Virus record (IMG/VR): IMGVR_UViG_3300012667_000122
Location: 1-35,404 of that record
Strand: one strand, 5' to 3'
Length of the DNA: 35,404 bases
Origin: a virus
Taxonomy: Duplodnaviria; Caudoviricetes
The translations under genes and the position numbers were made by a program. This document shows, piece by piece, positions 8,999 to 16,758 of the stretch. The notes below the pieces were generated by a model. It did no database searches. It had not been told where the DNA came from and worked only from the letters and a program-made list of their open reading frames with translations. The stretch's first letter is position 1. The number at the start of each line of letters is the position of its first letter.

Positions 8999-9120
8999 AG
9001 GAGATTTTCATGGGCAAGCCATCTCGGAGCTTGGCTGTATCTAGTATTCAGCATAGATTAGGTGATCATCTCTATCTATCCCACGATTGCCGTTGCGGAT
9101 CAGGCAACTAGCAATATCCT
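8999..9120 (-). ncRNA. Multi-stem structured RNA (junction with three hairpins)
   Basis: Pairings CGUGGG/CCCAUG, AUAGAU/AUCUAU, GCUG/CAGC, CAAGC/GCUUG, UUGCC/GGCAA. Confidence 0.45.
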
Positions 9121-9164
9121 AAAAAAGTGATAGGTTTCATCGTGCTTGGTCACATCCACCTATC
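9121..9164 (-). terminator. Possible intrinsic terminator in the late leader
   Basis: GATAGGT/ACCTATC stem followed by ACTTTTTT on the minus strand. Confidence 0.4.
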
Positions 9165-9209
9165 GAAGTCCAAGAACACTCGGAGGAGAGTACCATTTCT
9201 GGTAAACCG

Positions 9210-9239
9210 AATATACCACAGTTATTTCTTTTTATGCAA
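9210..9239 (-). promoter_or_regulatory. Putative sigma70 late promoter
   Basis: TTGCAT-N18-TATATT with an extended TGn -10, upstream of the virion operon. Confidence 0.45.
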
Positions 9240-9542
9240 CAACCTGTTGATATACCACAATGCCTTCTCTAAATCCTCATGTCCGTTCTTTTCTTTCCAG
9301 CGCCACAGGTACTTGATAGCGTTAGCGGTACAGACAGCCTCTATGCCTGTTAAGTTCACAGTTGCAGCCTCTAGCGCATCAATGCACTCAACGCCACCTT
9401 GCTTGTAATGATTAGGGTTGATGTTGTCTTTAGGCACAGGTAAGCCAGCTTCTGCAAGCGCTGCATCTGAGCGCTTAAAGAATGAGTCCCATTCTTGCTC
9501 TTCGTCTTCGTTCCATACTTGGTCAAGTGATATTGATTTCAT
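9222..9542 (-). CDS. DUF3310 (SaV-like) protein
   Basis: NINPNHY..GGVECIDA, NAIKYLWR..EKNG.EDLEKA.WY. Confidence 0.85.
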   Translation of the reverse strand: MKSISLDQVWNEDEEQEWDSFFKRSDAALAEAGLPVPKDNINPNHYKQGGVECIDALEAATVNLTGIEAVCTANAIKYLWRWKEKNGHEDLEKALWYINRLLHKKK

Positions 9543-9574
9543 TGGTAAGTTCCATAGGTTAATAGGTTTAAGTA

Positions 9575-9868
9575 TTAGGTCGTGCCATTTAATAGATCCA
9601 GTTGTTTTGATAGCAGCTCTACCTCACTCATGCCAACAGACTGCTCAAACGCTCTAATACCTGCATGGATAGCAACGCCATGACCACCCAGCCTGTGATG
9701 TGTAGGACACAAGCCAATAGCTTTAGACCAATGTGACTTCTGACCTTTACCAACTCCAGTCCTAATATGGTGTATTTCACATGGACTATGACCATACCCA
9801 GCAAGCAAGCAAACAATACAACCGCCATCAGCAATTTTAGCATAATGATTGCGCTCATCTTTATTCAT
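9575..9868 (-). CDS. Ref-like HNH nuclease (recombination enhancement)
   Basis: GCIVC...EIHH.R.G.G...LCPTHHR.GG motif. Confidence 0.75.
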   Translation of the reverse strand: MNKDERNHYAKIADGGCIVCLLAGYGHSPCEIHHIRTGVGKGQKSHWSKAIGLCPTHHRLGGHGVAIHAGIRAFEQSVGMSEVELLSKQLDLLNGTT

Positions 9869-10082
9869 TCTCCAGCTCTCTTATACGATTAAGTAATAAC
9901 AATATCTCTTTACCCATCAACTCAGTTCTATTCTTAACGCCACGTTTTTTGTAGATGTTACATAGATGTCGCTTAACTTGCGACTCAGAAATGTCAAATA
10001 TACTTGACATTCCTTCAATGGAATATCCTAGCATTGACTCGTCATATATCTGCTGCTCAGTCTTTGTTAGCTTGATTGCCAT
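9861..10082 (-). CDS. LuxR/GerE-type HTH protein
   Basis: LTKTE.QI...G.S...ISESQVKRHL.NIYKK.GV.NRTEL. Confidence 0.75.
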   Translation of the reverse strand: MAIKLTKTEQQIYDESMLGYSIEGMSSIFDISESQVKRHLCNIYKKRGVKNRTELMGKEILLLLNRIRELENE

Positions 10083-10254
10083 GTAATATCCTATTGATCT
10101 CTGCTCGGCTCTCGGCTACCGTTCTTACTTTAATCTTCTCTATCGTTCCGTCATCATTGATAGTGCCACGATAAGACTGCTCACCATTAGTAGCTCTGAA
10201 ACTGCCAGTAAATCCTGCTGCAGCCATGTTCTTAATAAACTCGTTTACCGACAT
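10057..10254 (-). CDS. Hypothetical protein
   Basis: Tightly packed within the nin-like operon. Confidence 0.6.
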   Translation of the reverse strand: MSVNEFIKNMAAAGFTGSFRATNGEQSYRGTINDDGTIEKIKVRTVAESRAEINRILHGNQANKD

Positions 10255-10384
10255 TCCTACGCCTCCACGTTGCAGTCTTACTTGGTCTATGTCGTAACGC
10301 TATAGCTAACAGCAACCCTGTTGCCACGCCTAACGCAAAAGCTGGGGAGTAGCACAGAAGGTAGTCTTTCACAGTTATCAGCAT
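10232..10384 (-). CDS. 50-aa membrane peptide
   Basis: MLITVKDYLLCYSPAFALGVATGLLLAIALRHRPSKTATWRRRNVGKRVY; fills an apparent gap; not in track. Confidence 0.55.
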   Translation of the reverse strand: MLITVKDYLLCYSPAFALGVATGLLLAIALRHRPSKTATWRRRNVGKRVY

Positions 10385-10494
10385 TTATACATCCTTACAT
10401 TTTTACCAGTTGATTCACAGTAGCTATTAATCCAAGCCTTGCTACTATCACGCTGCATAGTTTTACCGCAATGTTTGCAATAATAATTGTTCAT
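10378..10494 (-). CDS. 38-aa Cys-containing peptide
   Basis: MNNYYCKHCGKTMQRDSSKAWINSYCESTGKNVRMYKC; ATGA coupling; not in track. Confidence 0.55.
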   Translation of the reverse strand: MNNYYCKHCGKTMQRDSSKAWINSYCESTGKNVRMYKC

Positions 10495-10676
10495 ACAATT
10501 CCCTTGTATGTTTTATGAAACTTTAGCCTAGTTAATGACGTTTTATCAATGTTGTAATCAATTGATATTACTTTGTTTGGTACGCCAGCAGCCATCTTTG
10601 CTCTCATCTCTCTTACCTGAGCTGGTGTAAACTTGCAAAGGCCGTGTAGTTTTAGTGTTGGCACTTCATCAATCAT
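10491..10676 (-). CDS. Small HTH-like protein
   Basis: KFTPAQVREMR....GV..K.IS..YNI pattern. Confidence 0.6.
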   Translation of the reverse strand: MIDEVPTLKLHGLCKFTPAQVREMRAKMAAGVPNKVISIDYNIDKTSLTRLKFHKTYKGIV

Positions 10677-11140
10677 GTGTTCTTCTCCTTTAATGCTCGC
10701 TCAATGGCTCGAATATAAACTTTATCAATTCCCAATACTTCCTCAATTGCTTTTACATCATCATCCGTTAATCCTTGCCATTGATGAGGGTGGGCGTAGA
10801 GTGGGATTGGTTTTGATTGGTCATTAGGATATTTTGCCCAATTTACATTGCCATTCTCTAACCACGCCACAGGCTCTAGTGCTTTATTATTTGCAAGAAT
10901 AACTTGTTGCGCCCTAGTTAAAGGCTCTTGCGCTGGCTGTTCTAGTGCTTCAACACGCTTTTGATAATACTCAATATCATTAAGCATCTGTCTAATTTCA
11001 GCATCGCCTACCTCTTTTTGTTCTAGTGCTTCCATTAAAGCATTTACAGCATCCACTAAATCTTGCAAGTTTCCTGTTTCTTCTGCTTTATATGCCATCT
11101 TTAATGCTTCGTCTTTAGTCATCATAATTTCCTTCAGCAA
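10673..11140 (-). CDS. Hypothetical nin-region protein
   Basis: EALEQPAQEP, EPVAW and WQGLTDD motifs; start may be at the internal MMTKDEALK. Confidence 0.65.
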   Translation of the reverse strand: MLKEIMMTKDEALKMAYKAEETGNLQDLVDAVNALMEALEQKEVGDAEIRQMLNDIEYYQKRVEALEQPAQEPLTRAQQVILANNKALEPVAWLENGNVNWAKYPNDQSKPIPLYAHPHQWQGLTDDDVKAIEEVLGIDKVYIRAIERALKEKNT

Positions 11141-11384
11141 CTATTTTTTGAGCTTCTAAAATTTTATAATATAAAGCATCTATAGCATCTTTTTCAGATT
11201 CAAAAGTTCCAATGTTTTCGTGTCTATTCCAATCTGCAATATCATAACCGCCAAGCTCAATACTTATTGTTTCATTTGGATTAAAATAAACAGTCATTGA
11301 ATATGAGCTTATTTTAGATGCTCCAGTTTTATCACGAAGTTTAAGAAATTGTTTATGCAAACTTCCTAATGTATGTTCAATCAT
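11115..11384 (-). CDS. Hypothetical protein
   Basis: ATGA-coupled ORF, AT-rich. Confidence 0.6.
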   Translation of the reverse strand: MIEHTLGSLHKQFLKLRDKTGASKISSYSMTVYFNPNETISIELGGYDIADWNRHENIGTFESEKDAIDALYYKILEAQKIVAEGNYDD

Positions 11385-11515
11385 AGTAACGCTTCTCCGA
11401 ATTTATCCATCATCTCGTCAAAAGTCAACTTAGGCTCAACAACCTCAACTGCACCTTCAGCAGGATAGTCAAAGTATCTAACCACATTGCCTTCATAGTC
11501 TAGCAGTACATACAT
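11381..11515 (-). CDS. 44-aa hypothetical protein
   Basis: MYVLLDYEGNVVRYFD...FGEALL; start trimmed from the track ORF. Confidence 0.55.
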   Translation of the reverse strand: MYVLLDYEGNVVRYFDYPAEGAVEVVEPKLTFDEMMDKFGEALL

Positions 11516-11628
11516 GACATCATCGCATATACAAAATAAACCATAAAAACAATCATTACAACTATTCCAATTCCCCAACAGATTGCTTCTGTTTTTGCAA
11601 TTTGTTCTATTTGTTCACGTCTATTCAT
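11500..11628 (-). CDS. 42-aa membrane peptide
   Basis: MNRREQIEQIAKTEAICWGIGIVVMIVFMVYFVYAMMSCMYC; TGATG coupling; not in track. Confidence 0.5.
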   Translation of the reverse strand: MNRREQIEQIAKTEAICWGIGIVVMIVFMVYFVYAMMSCMYC

Positions 11629-11990
11629 CACCAGCTCCATCCTAAGTTACTTGCCCATGCTTGTATCTTCTCTTGATACTCGCCCATATCCTTAACCGAT
11701 AGTTTAGTCGTACTCTGAACTTTTGTCACCTTTTCTCTGCCGATATTCTTCTCAATCAGCAGGAACTTATATCCCATCAGGTCGTGCATCTCTTCTGCCG
11801 TATAGCCAAGATAATTGCCTACGCTGCTATATAGCTCCCATAGCCTTGCATTCTGCTCTACGCTGCGATCACTATTGCGCTCTTTAATCAACACTTGCCA
11901 GTTACCTTCTACCTCTACTAAATCATTTAGCTTTGCTACTAGTACTGGTAGGTTGCTCTTTGTTATGTTGAATGGCTTGTGCTTTTGCAT
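11628..11990 (-). CDS. NinB/YbcN-like recombination protein
   Basis: RS.EQNARLW...STTKLSV..M.EY motifs. Confidence 0.75.
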   Translation of the reverse strand: MQKHKPFNITKSNLPVLVAKLNDLVEVEGNWQVLIKERNSDRSVEQNARLWELYSSVGNYLGYTAEEMHDLMGYKFLLIEKNIGREKVTKVQSTTKLSVKDMGEYQEKIQAWASNLGWSW

Positions 11991-12138
11991 CTTCTATCTT
12001 CTCCGATTTATATAACCATTTACTACCATTCCACAGTTCATATATAACTTTTTCGCATATCATTGATTTGCTTATATAAAATATAGAATGGGTTGCAACA
12101 CTTTTAAGGTGATACTTGTCTACTTGTTGCCACTTCAA
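11923..12138 (-). CDS. Hypothetical protein
   Basis: ATGA-coupled ORF within the operon. Confidence 0.55.
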   Translation of the reverse strand: MKWQQVDKYHLKSVATHSIFYISKSMICEKVIYELWNGSKWLYKSEKIEDAKAQAIQHNKEQPTSTSSKAK

Positions 12139-12413
12139 TCATCCACCTCTAATTGAAATTTGCCTATGTATTTATAATAGCTATCTTCTAACACTCCACT
12201 TGGCAATCCTATATCTAAAAATACATCACCATCTTCTTTGTTTAACCAGACAGACAAATACTGTGGCTCTTTAGGCTGTGGTTTAATGCGAAGCTCATCA
12301 TCACCATGCCAATAAGGTGCTTCTGCAGGACTCCACTCACCCTTTGAGTTTTTGTATTCAATCTCTGCACCATCAGCCCATGCTTTTATTTCTCTATGCC
12401 ATTTATGCTGCAT
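12135..12413 (-). CDS. Conserved phage hypothetical protein
   Basis: HKW...IKAWADGAEIE...P.W....ELRIKP. Confidence 0.7.
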   Translation of the reverse strand: MQHKWHREIKAWADGAEIEYKNSKGEWSPAEAPYWHGDDELRIKPQPKEPQYLSVWLNKEDGDVFLDIGLPSGVLEDSYYKYIGKFQLEVDD

Positions 12414-12415
12414 GA

Positions 12416-12613
12416 TTAAACTCCTACAAATACTGCTAGAATAATAACTAGGCCAACAATACTACAGAAAGGCCACCATGATATTGGATCAGGATCTTCT
12501 GTTGTAAATGTTCCGTCAGGCAGCTTATAAATAATTCCTACCTGCTTTACATCTTTACGGACTACTGTCCTTCTTTCAAACTCTTTTTTTAGCTCCTCTT
12601 GTGTGTATTCCAT
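12416..12613 (-). CDS. Small protein with C-terminal TM segment
   Basis: Hydrophobic C-terminus; abuts neighbours. Confidence 0.6.
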   Translation of the reverse strand: MEYTQEELKKEFERRTVVRKDVKQVGIIYKLPDGTFTTEDPDPISWWPFCSIVGLVIILAVFVGV

Positions 12614-12614
12614 T

Positions 12615-12770
12615 TTATTTATCCTTTTTAATTGAATCTAACATACCGTTAAGCCATTGAACTCCACCTAGCTCTTTATACTTAGCCAAGCGATCTGGCC
12701 GTAATCGTAATGATGTAGTCACACATCTCATCTCAACTGGGTATGGCTTGCGCCCTTTTTTATTTTCCAT
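12615..12770 (-). CDS. Ribbon-helix-helix-like DNA-binding protein
   Basis: KGRKP....TTSLRL.PD...KYKELGG..W; start trimmed to ATG 12770. Confidence 0.55.
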   Translation of the reverse strand: MENKKGRKPYPVEMRCVTTSLRLRPDRLAKYKELGGVQWLNGMLDSIKKDK

Positions 12771-12945
12771 CACAGATAAATCCTTGTAGTTCAACTTTTG
12801 TATTTTTAGTAAGCATACGATACTCTTCAAATATTTTATTTATGTCATCAAGCATCAATTTATAAAAGTCATTATCCATATCATCTGGATTGTAAACAAC
12901 ATCTACCGTGATTATTAATTTTGCCTCTTCAAAATGTCTACTCAT
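12760..12945 (-). CDS. Hypothetical protein
   Basis: AGGAG RBS; overlaps its neighbours. Confidence 0.6.
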   Translation of the reverse strand: MSRHFEEAKLIITVDVVYNPDDMDNDFYKLMLDDINKIFEEYRMLTKNTKVELQGFICDGK

Positions 12946-13186
12946 TGCTATCTCCTAGTAAGTTAATTGGTTGTGTTTCATGTAACCTTGCACCACCAAA
13001 GTCTGCTTGCTCTAGTACCTGACCTCTTACTGGTGGCAAGTATGCTGGTGGGTTAGGGTAAAGATTGTTTGGCTGCACAATAATGACTATTGGCTGCCTT
13101 GCATATGCATTTAACATATCGCTTATAGCTCTATTCTCAGCCATGCAACTACCAGAAACCAATAACAATAATAATAATTTATTCAT
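12938..13186 (-). CDS. Putative exported protein
   Basis: Signal-like MNKLLLLLLVSGSCMA-E; AAGGAG RBS upstream of ATG 13186. Confidence 0.6.
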   Translation of the reverse strand: MNKLLLLLLVSGSCMAENRAISDMLNAYARQPIVIIVQPNNLYPNPPAYLPPVRGQVLEQADFGGARLHETQPINLLGDSNE

Positions 13187-13216
13187 AACTCTCTCCTTGT
13201 GCAATACATTATATCA

Positions 13217-13642
13217 CTAATCCGTTATGTGCAATGCTTCTTTCGCAAATCTTAATGAAATATCTGGGTACATCTCTGGTGTCTTCATGATGTCCTTAGC
13301 CCATGCCTTGTGATCACGCTTAGGCTTCATCTTGGCCAGCTCACGGTTGAGTCGTTCCTGATTCTCTTTAATCTGTTCTGGCGTGTGTACAGGTTTCGGT
13401 AACGCTGAAGTAATCACACGAGCCTCTTGTGCCTTGCATAGATCAATGATGTCTACAGGCAATGGCATATACTTGTTGTTGTCTACCCACTTGTCGAATG
13501 CCTTGCTTACCATGTCTACATCAAAGCGCTTTAGCTTTCCGTACCAAATACGCAATAGCTCTTGGTCTAGTTCACGTTTACCATATAGAACAGTCAATGC
13601 TGTCATCATGGCCTTAAATTGTTTTTTATCATGCTCAATCAT
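13217..13642 (-). CDS. Putative helicase loader or loader inhibitor (lambda P position)
   Basis: W...L........AF..W.....MP.P.DI pattern; downstream of the initiator. Confidence 0.6.
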   Translation of the reverse strand: MIEHDKKQFKAMMTALTVLYGKRELDQELLRIWYGKLKRFDVDMVSKAFDKWVDNNKYMPLPVDIIDLCKAQEARVITSALPKPVHTPEQIKENQERLNRELAKMKPKRDHKAWAKDIMKTPEMYPDISLRFAKEALHITD

Positions 13643-14123
13643 TACTCTTCTCCAAAAAATATGCTACGTCACTAGGAATGTCAGAATATCTAGCAAAGGT
13701 TACCTTGTCCTGTCTACCTGCCCTCTGATATATTTCGTAGTGTCCTTTGCCTATCTTACATCCATTTTCTTTTAATTTAAACTTAATCCATTCGTGCAGC
13801 TTCTTGCGATCAGCAACGCACCAATTGTATGCCCTCTCAAATACAATGTAATCAGCATCTCCCTTGATCCATCCCTTCTTGCCATTAACATTAGTTCCCT
13901 CAATCCAGAATGAATCGTTCTGGTGATGCTCAAACTTAGGATCAATTCTCTTTGATGTCTTAACGTCAAACGTATAACGCTTACCGTTAAATGTACCCAT
14001 CACATCCCAATGCTCATACATATCCTGCTCTTTCGTAGCCCATACAACGTCAGTAAGATACTGTTCAGCAAATCGCTTCTCAGCACTCCTACCTCGTTCC
14101 ATGCACTCAGCGAACCTGTTCAA
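13635..14123 (-). CDS. PD-(D/E)XK nuclease-like protein
   Basis: G..AE..F, EHWD and FDVK motifs. Confidence 0.55.
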   Translation of the reverse strand: MNRFAECMERGRSAEKRFAEQYLTDVVWATKEQDMYEHWDVMGTFNGKRYTFDVKTSKRIDPKFEHHQNDSFWIEGTNVNGKKGWIKGDADYIVFERAYNWCVADRKKLHEWIKFKLKENGCKIGKGHYEIYQRAGRQDKVTFARYSDIPSDVAYFLEKSND

Positions 14124-14773
14124 AATGGAACTCCTTCTACTGGCTCTTCATCCTTCCATCTGCCTTGATTCAAGTAAGTAGCTGGGTTAGGTATATATCC
14201 ACGCTTCCATTGATCACTATCCTGCTGCCAAGATAACGCATACATTACATCATCAAGTCTAGGTTTGTATTTAGTCCATGATTTGTATGCTGCATCTTTA
14301 CCTGTCTTTTTTGGATACGCAGTCCAGAAGATTGTAAAATCTTCGGTGTATGTGTTTTTATCCTGACCTAAACTAGCCTTACCTATACTAACCTGTGCTT
14401 CCACTTTGGATACATCTTGGATACATACAGTATCCATTGTATATACGTTATTGTTTTTTAAAGATAATTGTTCTTTATGCTCAACGTAAACAGTAGGTTT
14501 GTACCTATCTTTTTGTATTAGGTTGTGTATCTTCCAATGCTTAATTACGCATACGCCAGTTTCAAAAGGAATGATAAAGTTTTTAGATAGCAATATCTTT
14601 AAATCATCATCAGCACATCCAAGCATACGCTGGATCTTCTTAGCGTTATTAATAAATCCATCATCATCAGCTCTCATAGATAAATGAAAGTACAGCGCCT
14701 GTGTTGATAACGGCATATCTAAAAATGCATCGCTATCAATGATAGTCTTTGCAAACATTCTACGTTCAGCCAT
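14120..14773 (-). CDS. Replication initiator (replisome organizer)
   Basis: MAERRMFAKTIIDSDAFLDMPLSTQALYFHL..ADDDGF; C-terminal FW.AYPKK.GK..A...P.PATYLNQGRW; GGAG RBS before ATG 14773. Confidence 0.85.
   Translation of the reverse strand: MAERRMFAKTIIDSDAFLDMPLSTQALYFHLSMRADDDGFINNAKKIQRMLGCADDDLKILLSKNFIIPFETGVCVIKHWKIHNLIQKDRYKPTVYVEHKEQLSLKNNNVYTMDTVCIQDVSKVEAQVSIGKASLGQDKNTYTEDFTIFWTAYPKKTGKDAAYKSWTKYKPRLDDVMYALSWQQDSDQWKRGYIPNPATYLNQGRWKDEEPVEGVPF
14365..14470. other. Putative replication origin (iterons) inside the initiator gene
   Basis: TTGGATACAT at 14406 and 14417, inverted GTATCCA at 14430, ACCTA-like periodic tract, adjacent AT-rich stretch. Confidence 0.5.
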
Positions 14774-14784
14774 ATCTTTGCTCC

Positions 14785-14888
14785 AAAAAAAAGCCCTAGA
14801 CAACACTCTCATCACGTTTTAAGTGACGTTGGCGGACTGGCTAGTACCAGCAGAGTGTTGACTAAGGCTTACTAGAACTCACCGCCAA
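14785..14888 (-). promoter_or_regulatory. Attenuator/pseudoknot-like leader RNA of the initiator operon
   Basis: 19-bp terminator stem plus U-run; internal CCGCCAA complementary to upstream TTGGCGG. Confidence 0.65.
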
Positions 14889-14909
14889 GTGATAAACTTG
14901 AATATACGC

Positions 14910-15248
14910 CTACGTTTCTTTGATGTCAATACCGTGTACTTGCTTCATTAGCCTGTACTTAATTTTATATACATCTAGTCGCATACCTTTGCAATCTTCT
15001 ACGATTTCTTTGCCGTTTACCGTGTCTATATATACAAAGTCTGCTACATATTTAATAGCACGTTCGGTCTTACCATTAATCACCAGCTTAGGGATCAGCT
15101 CATACGGAACTTGCAGCCTAAGATCCTTAATTAATCCACCTTTTTCGTATAGTTTTAGCTGAGAATATCGTACAGATTCCTTGCGTGAATGGAACTTAAT
15201 GCCATATAACTCTGTGATTTTATTGTTGTATTTAGTTTTCTTATACAT
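14910..15248 (-). CDS. DUF1064 family endonuclease
   Basis: KYNNK.....GIKF.S.KE..RY..L, LQVPYEL and YVADFVY.....IVEDCKG motifs. Confidence 0.85.
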   Translation of the reverse strand: MYKKTKYNNKITELYGIKFHSRKESVRYSQLKLYEKGGLIKDLRLQVPYELIPKLVINGKTERAIKYVADFVYIDTVNGKEIVEDCKGMRLDVYKIKYRLMKQVHGIDIKET

Positions 15249-15285
15249 ATTTGCCTGTCAATTTAAATAATTGTTAAAATTCTGG

Positions 15286-15323
15286 TAAAAAAGTGTTGCA
15301 TTTAATTTATATAGGAGTATAGT
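15286..15323 (+). promoter_or_regulatory. Early promoter 1
   Basis: A-tract, TTGCAT-N16-TATAGT; shares the 15-mer TAAAAAAGTGTTGCA with 18665. Confidence 0.6.
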
Positions 15324-15360
15324 TCTATTCATGCACTACATATTAACACAGGAGAACAAG

Positions 15361-15534
15361 ATGGCATACGCAGATTTAACACCAGCAGAACAACAAGCAA
15401 TTACAGCTTACTGGGATTTGCATAGAGCATTAGGTGCTTTGTTAAGAAAAGAAGAGTTGTGGGGATTAGATGCCGATGAGAGAAATGAACTTGAAGATAT
15501 GATCCAACAAATGAAGGATAAATATGATGAGTAA
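15361..15534 (+). CDS. Early hypothetical protein
   Basis: AGGAG RBS before ATG 15361. Confidence 0.65.
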   Translation: MAYADLTPAEQQAITAYWDLHRALGALLRKEELWGLDADERNELEDMIQQMKDKYDE

Positions 15535-15619
15535 TATTGACTGGGCAAAGGTAGCAGAACTACTTAAACAGCTTAACGAAGAACTTAAAGAAGATAACGA
15601 CAAGGCGGAGGCAAAGTAA
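15527..15619 (+). CDS. 30-aa acidic peptide
   Basis: MSNIDWAKVAELLKQLNEELKEDNDKAEAK; AAGGA RBS; not in track. Confidence 0.5.
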   Translation: MSNIDWAKVAELLKQLNEELKEDNDKAEAK

Positions 15620-15714
15620 TGGAAAACTTATTGATCTTCATGGGTGGATTAATTATTTTTATTGTGCTGTTACTTGTAGGCGAATTGCTTGCAAAATTTT
15701 TTGATTGGAAATAA
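15619..15714 (+). CDS. 31-aa membrane peptide
   Basis: MENLLIFMGGLIIFIVLLLVGELLAKFFDWK; GGAGG RBS, TAATG coupling; not in track. Confidence 0.6.
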   Translation: MENLLIFMGGLIIFIVLLLVGELLAKFFDWK

Positions 15715-15715
15715 T

Positions 15716-15943
15716 ATGTGCGAACAACAATTTCAAGCAGAAGTAATGGATCAGCTTAAAGAGCTTGACTACGATGCAATGTATGACAAGTATGAAGATC
15801 GTTTTGTTGAGTACATATATGATCACTATCCAATTGGCAATGGAACGATGCTGATTAACAAGATGGAAGATCCAGACAACTTTGAAGATTTTGTGGATTG
15901 TAGATTGACAGAGCAAGAATTAATTTATATAGGAGAAGAGTAA
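15716..15943 (+). CDS. Acidic hypothetical protein
   Basis: Start trimmed to ATG 15716; very D/E-rich. Confidence 0.6.
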   Translation: MCEQQFQAEVMDQLKELDYDAMYDKYEDRFVEYIYDHYPIGNGTMLINKMEDPDNFEDFVDCRLTEQELIYIGEE

Positions 15944-16591
15944 ATGAGTAACTTTAAAGAACTAAGCAAGATAAATGTTAATGCTCACACAGAAAAGAAA
16001 AACAATTTAACGTATCTATCGTGGGCATGGGCAGTAGACCAACTCTTGCAGAATGATCCAGCAGCAACGTGGCATTATAATGAGCCAGCTAAGTTTGGCG
16101 ATACGCTAATGGTGTTCTGCACAGTAACAGCGTTTGGAAAGTCTATGACAGCACAGTTGCCAGTCCTTGACTTCCGTAACAAGGCAATCTCTAACCCAGA
16201 TGCAATGGCAGTCAACACAGCAATGCAACGCTGCCTAGCTAAAGCAATTGCACTACACGGCATTGGCCTGTACATCTATGCTGGTGAAGATATTCCACAA
16301 GAAGATAAGGTTAAAGAAGAAAAAGTTAAAGCTCCCAAAGGAATAACTCCTACTGCTGGGGCTGGTAATAATTTAAATGAAGAAATTACACAGTATATAA
16401 ATGATCAAGCAATGGAAATTATTGCAGATATTGATATGGGAAATGTTGAAGCTGCAAACGATAGATTGCAGGAAGTATCAAAAGACGATACTGGTGAAAT
16501 AAATAATGATTACAAAGTTTATGCTTGGTCATTATTACCATCTTATGTTCGCACAGCTATTACAAAACACATTAACTCATTGAAAGGATAA
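15944..16591 (+). CDS. sak: Sak (Rad52-like, DUF1071) single-strand annealing protein
   Basis: EKK..LTYLSWAWA, LPVLD.RNK and RCLAKAIALHG.GLYIYAGED motifs. Confidence 0.88.
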   Translation: MSNFKELSKINVNAHTEKKNNLTYLSWAWAVDQLLQNDPAATWHYNEPAKFGDTLMVFCTVTAFGKSMTAQLPVLDFRNKAISNPDAMAVNTAMQRCLAKAIALHGIGLYIYAGEDIPQEDKVKEEKVKAPKGITPTAGAGNNLNEEITQYINDQAMEIIADIDMGNVEAANDRLQEVSKDDTGEINNDYKVYAWSLLPSYVRTAITKHINSLKG

Positions 16592-16593
16592 TC

Positions 16594-16737
16594 ATGTTTG
16601 AACGACTAATTGATTTCAGAAATATCCCTCCACCACCAGTTGAGGCGGTTGCAAAACGCAACCAGATTATTGAAGAGTTAAAGAAGCAATTGGGGCATAA
16701 ATATCTTTTGTCAAAACCTGTACCTCGTGTACAATAA
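16594..16737 (+). CDS. 47-aa hypothetical protein
   Basis: MFERLIDFRNIPPPP...LGHKYLLSKPVPRVQ; AAGGA RBS; not in track. Confidence 0.6.
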   Translation: MFERLIDFRNIPPPPVEAVAKRNQIIEELKKQLGHKYLLSKPVPRVQ

Positions 16738-16758
16738 TGTTTCAATATGGAGAACTAA

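Noticed and set aside
9009-9085. tRNA gene (cloverleaf-like fold)
   Set aside because: No TTCRA T-loop, no D-loop GG, and arm lengths do not fit a tRNA
8908-9111. 67-aa plus-strand ORF in the late leader
   Set aside because: Antisense to the operon, non-ATG start; the region is better explained by RNA structure
9129-9164. Hammerhead ribozyme (UGA...GAUGAAA)
   Set aside because: The CUGAUGA core and three-stem geometry are missing
10255-10490. Apparent non-coding gap with AAAAGC...GAGTA, as a fourth RNA copy
   Set aside because: The gap is filled by two coupled small minus-strand ORFs; the motif is on the antisense strand and has no real closing stem
14774-14815. Extended initiator N-terminus MMRVLSRAFFWSKD
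   Set aside because: It overlaps the terminator stem; the GGAG RBS and conserved MAERRMF start point to 14773
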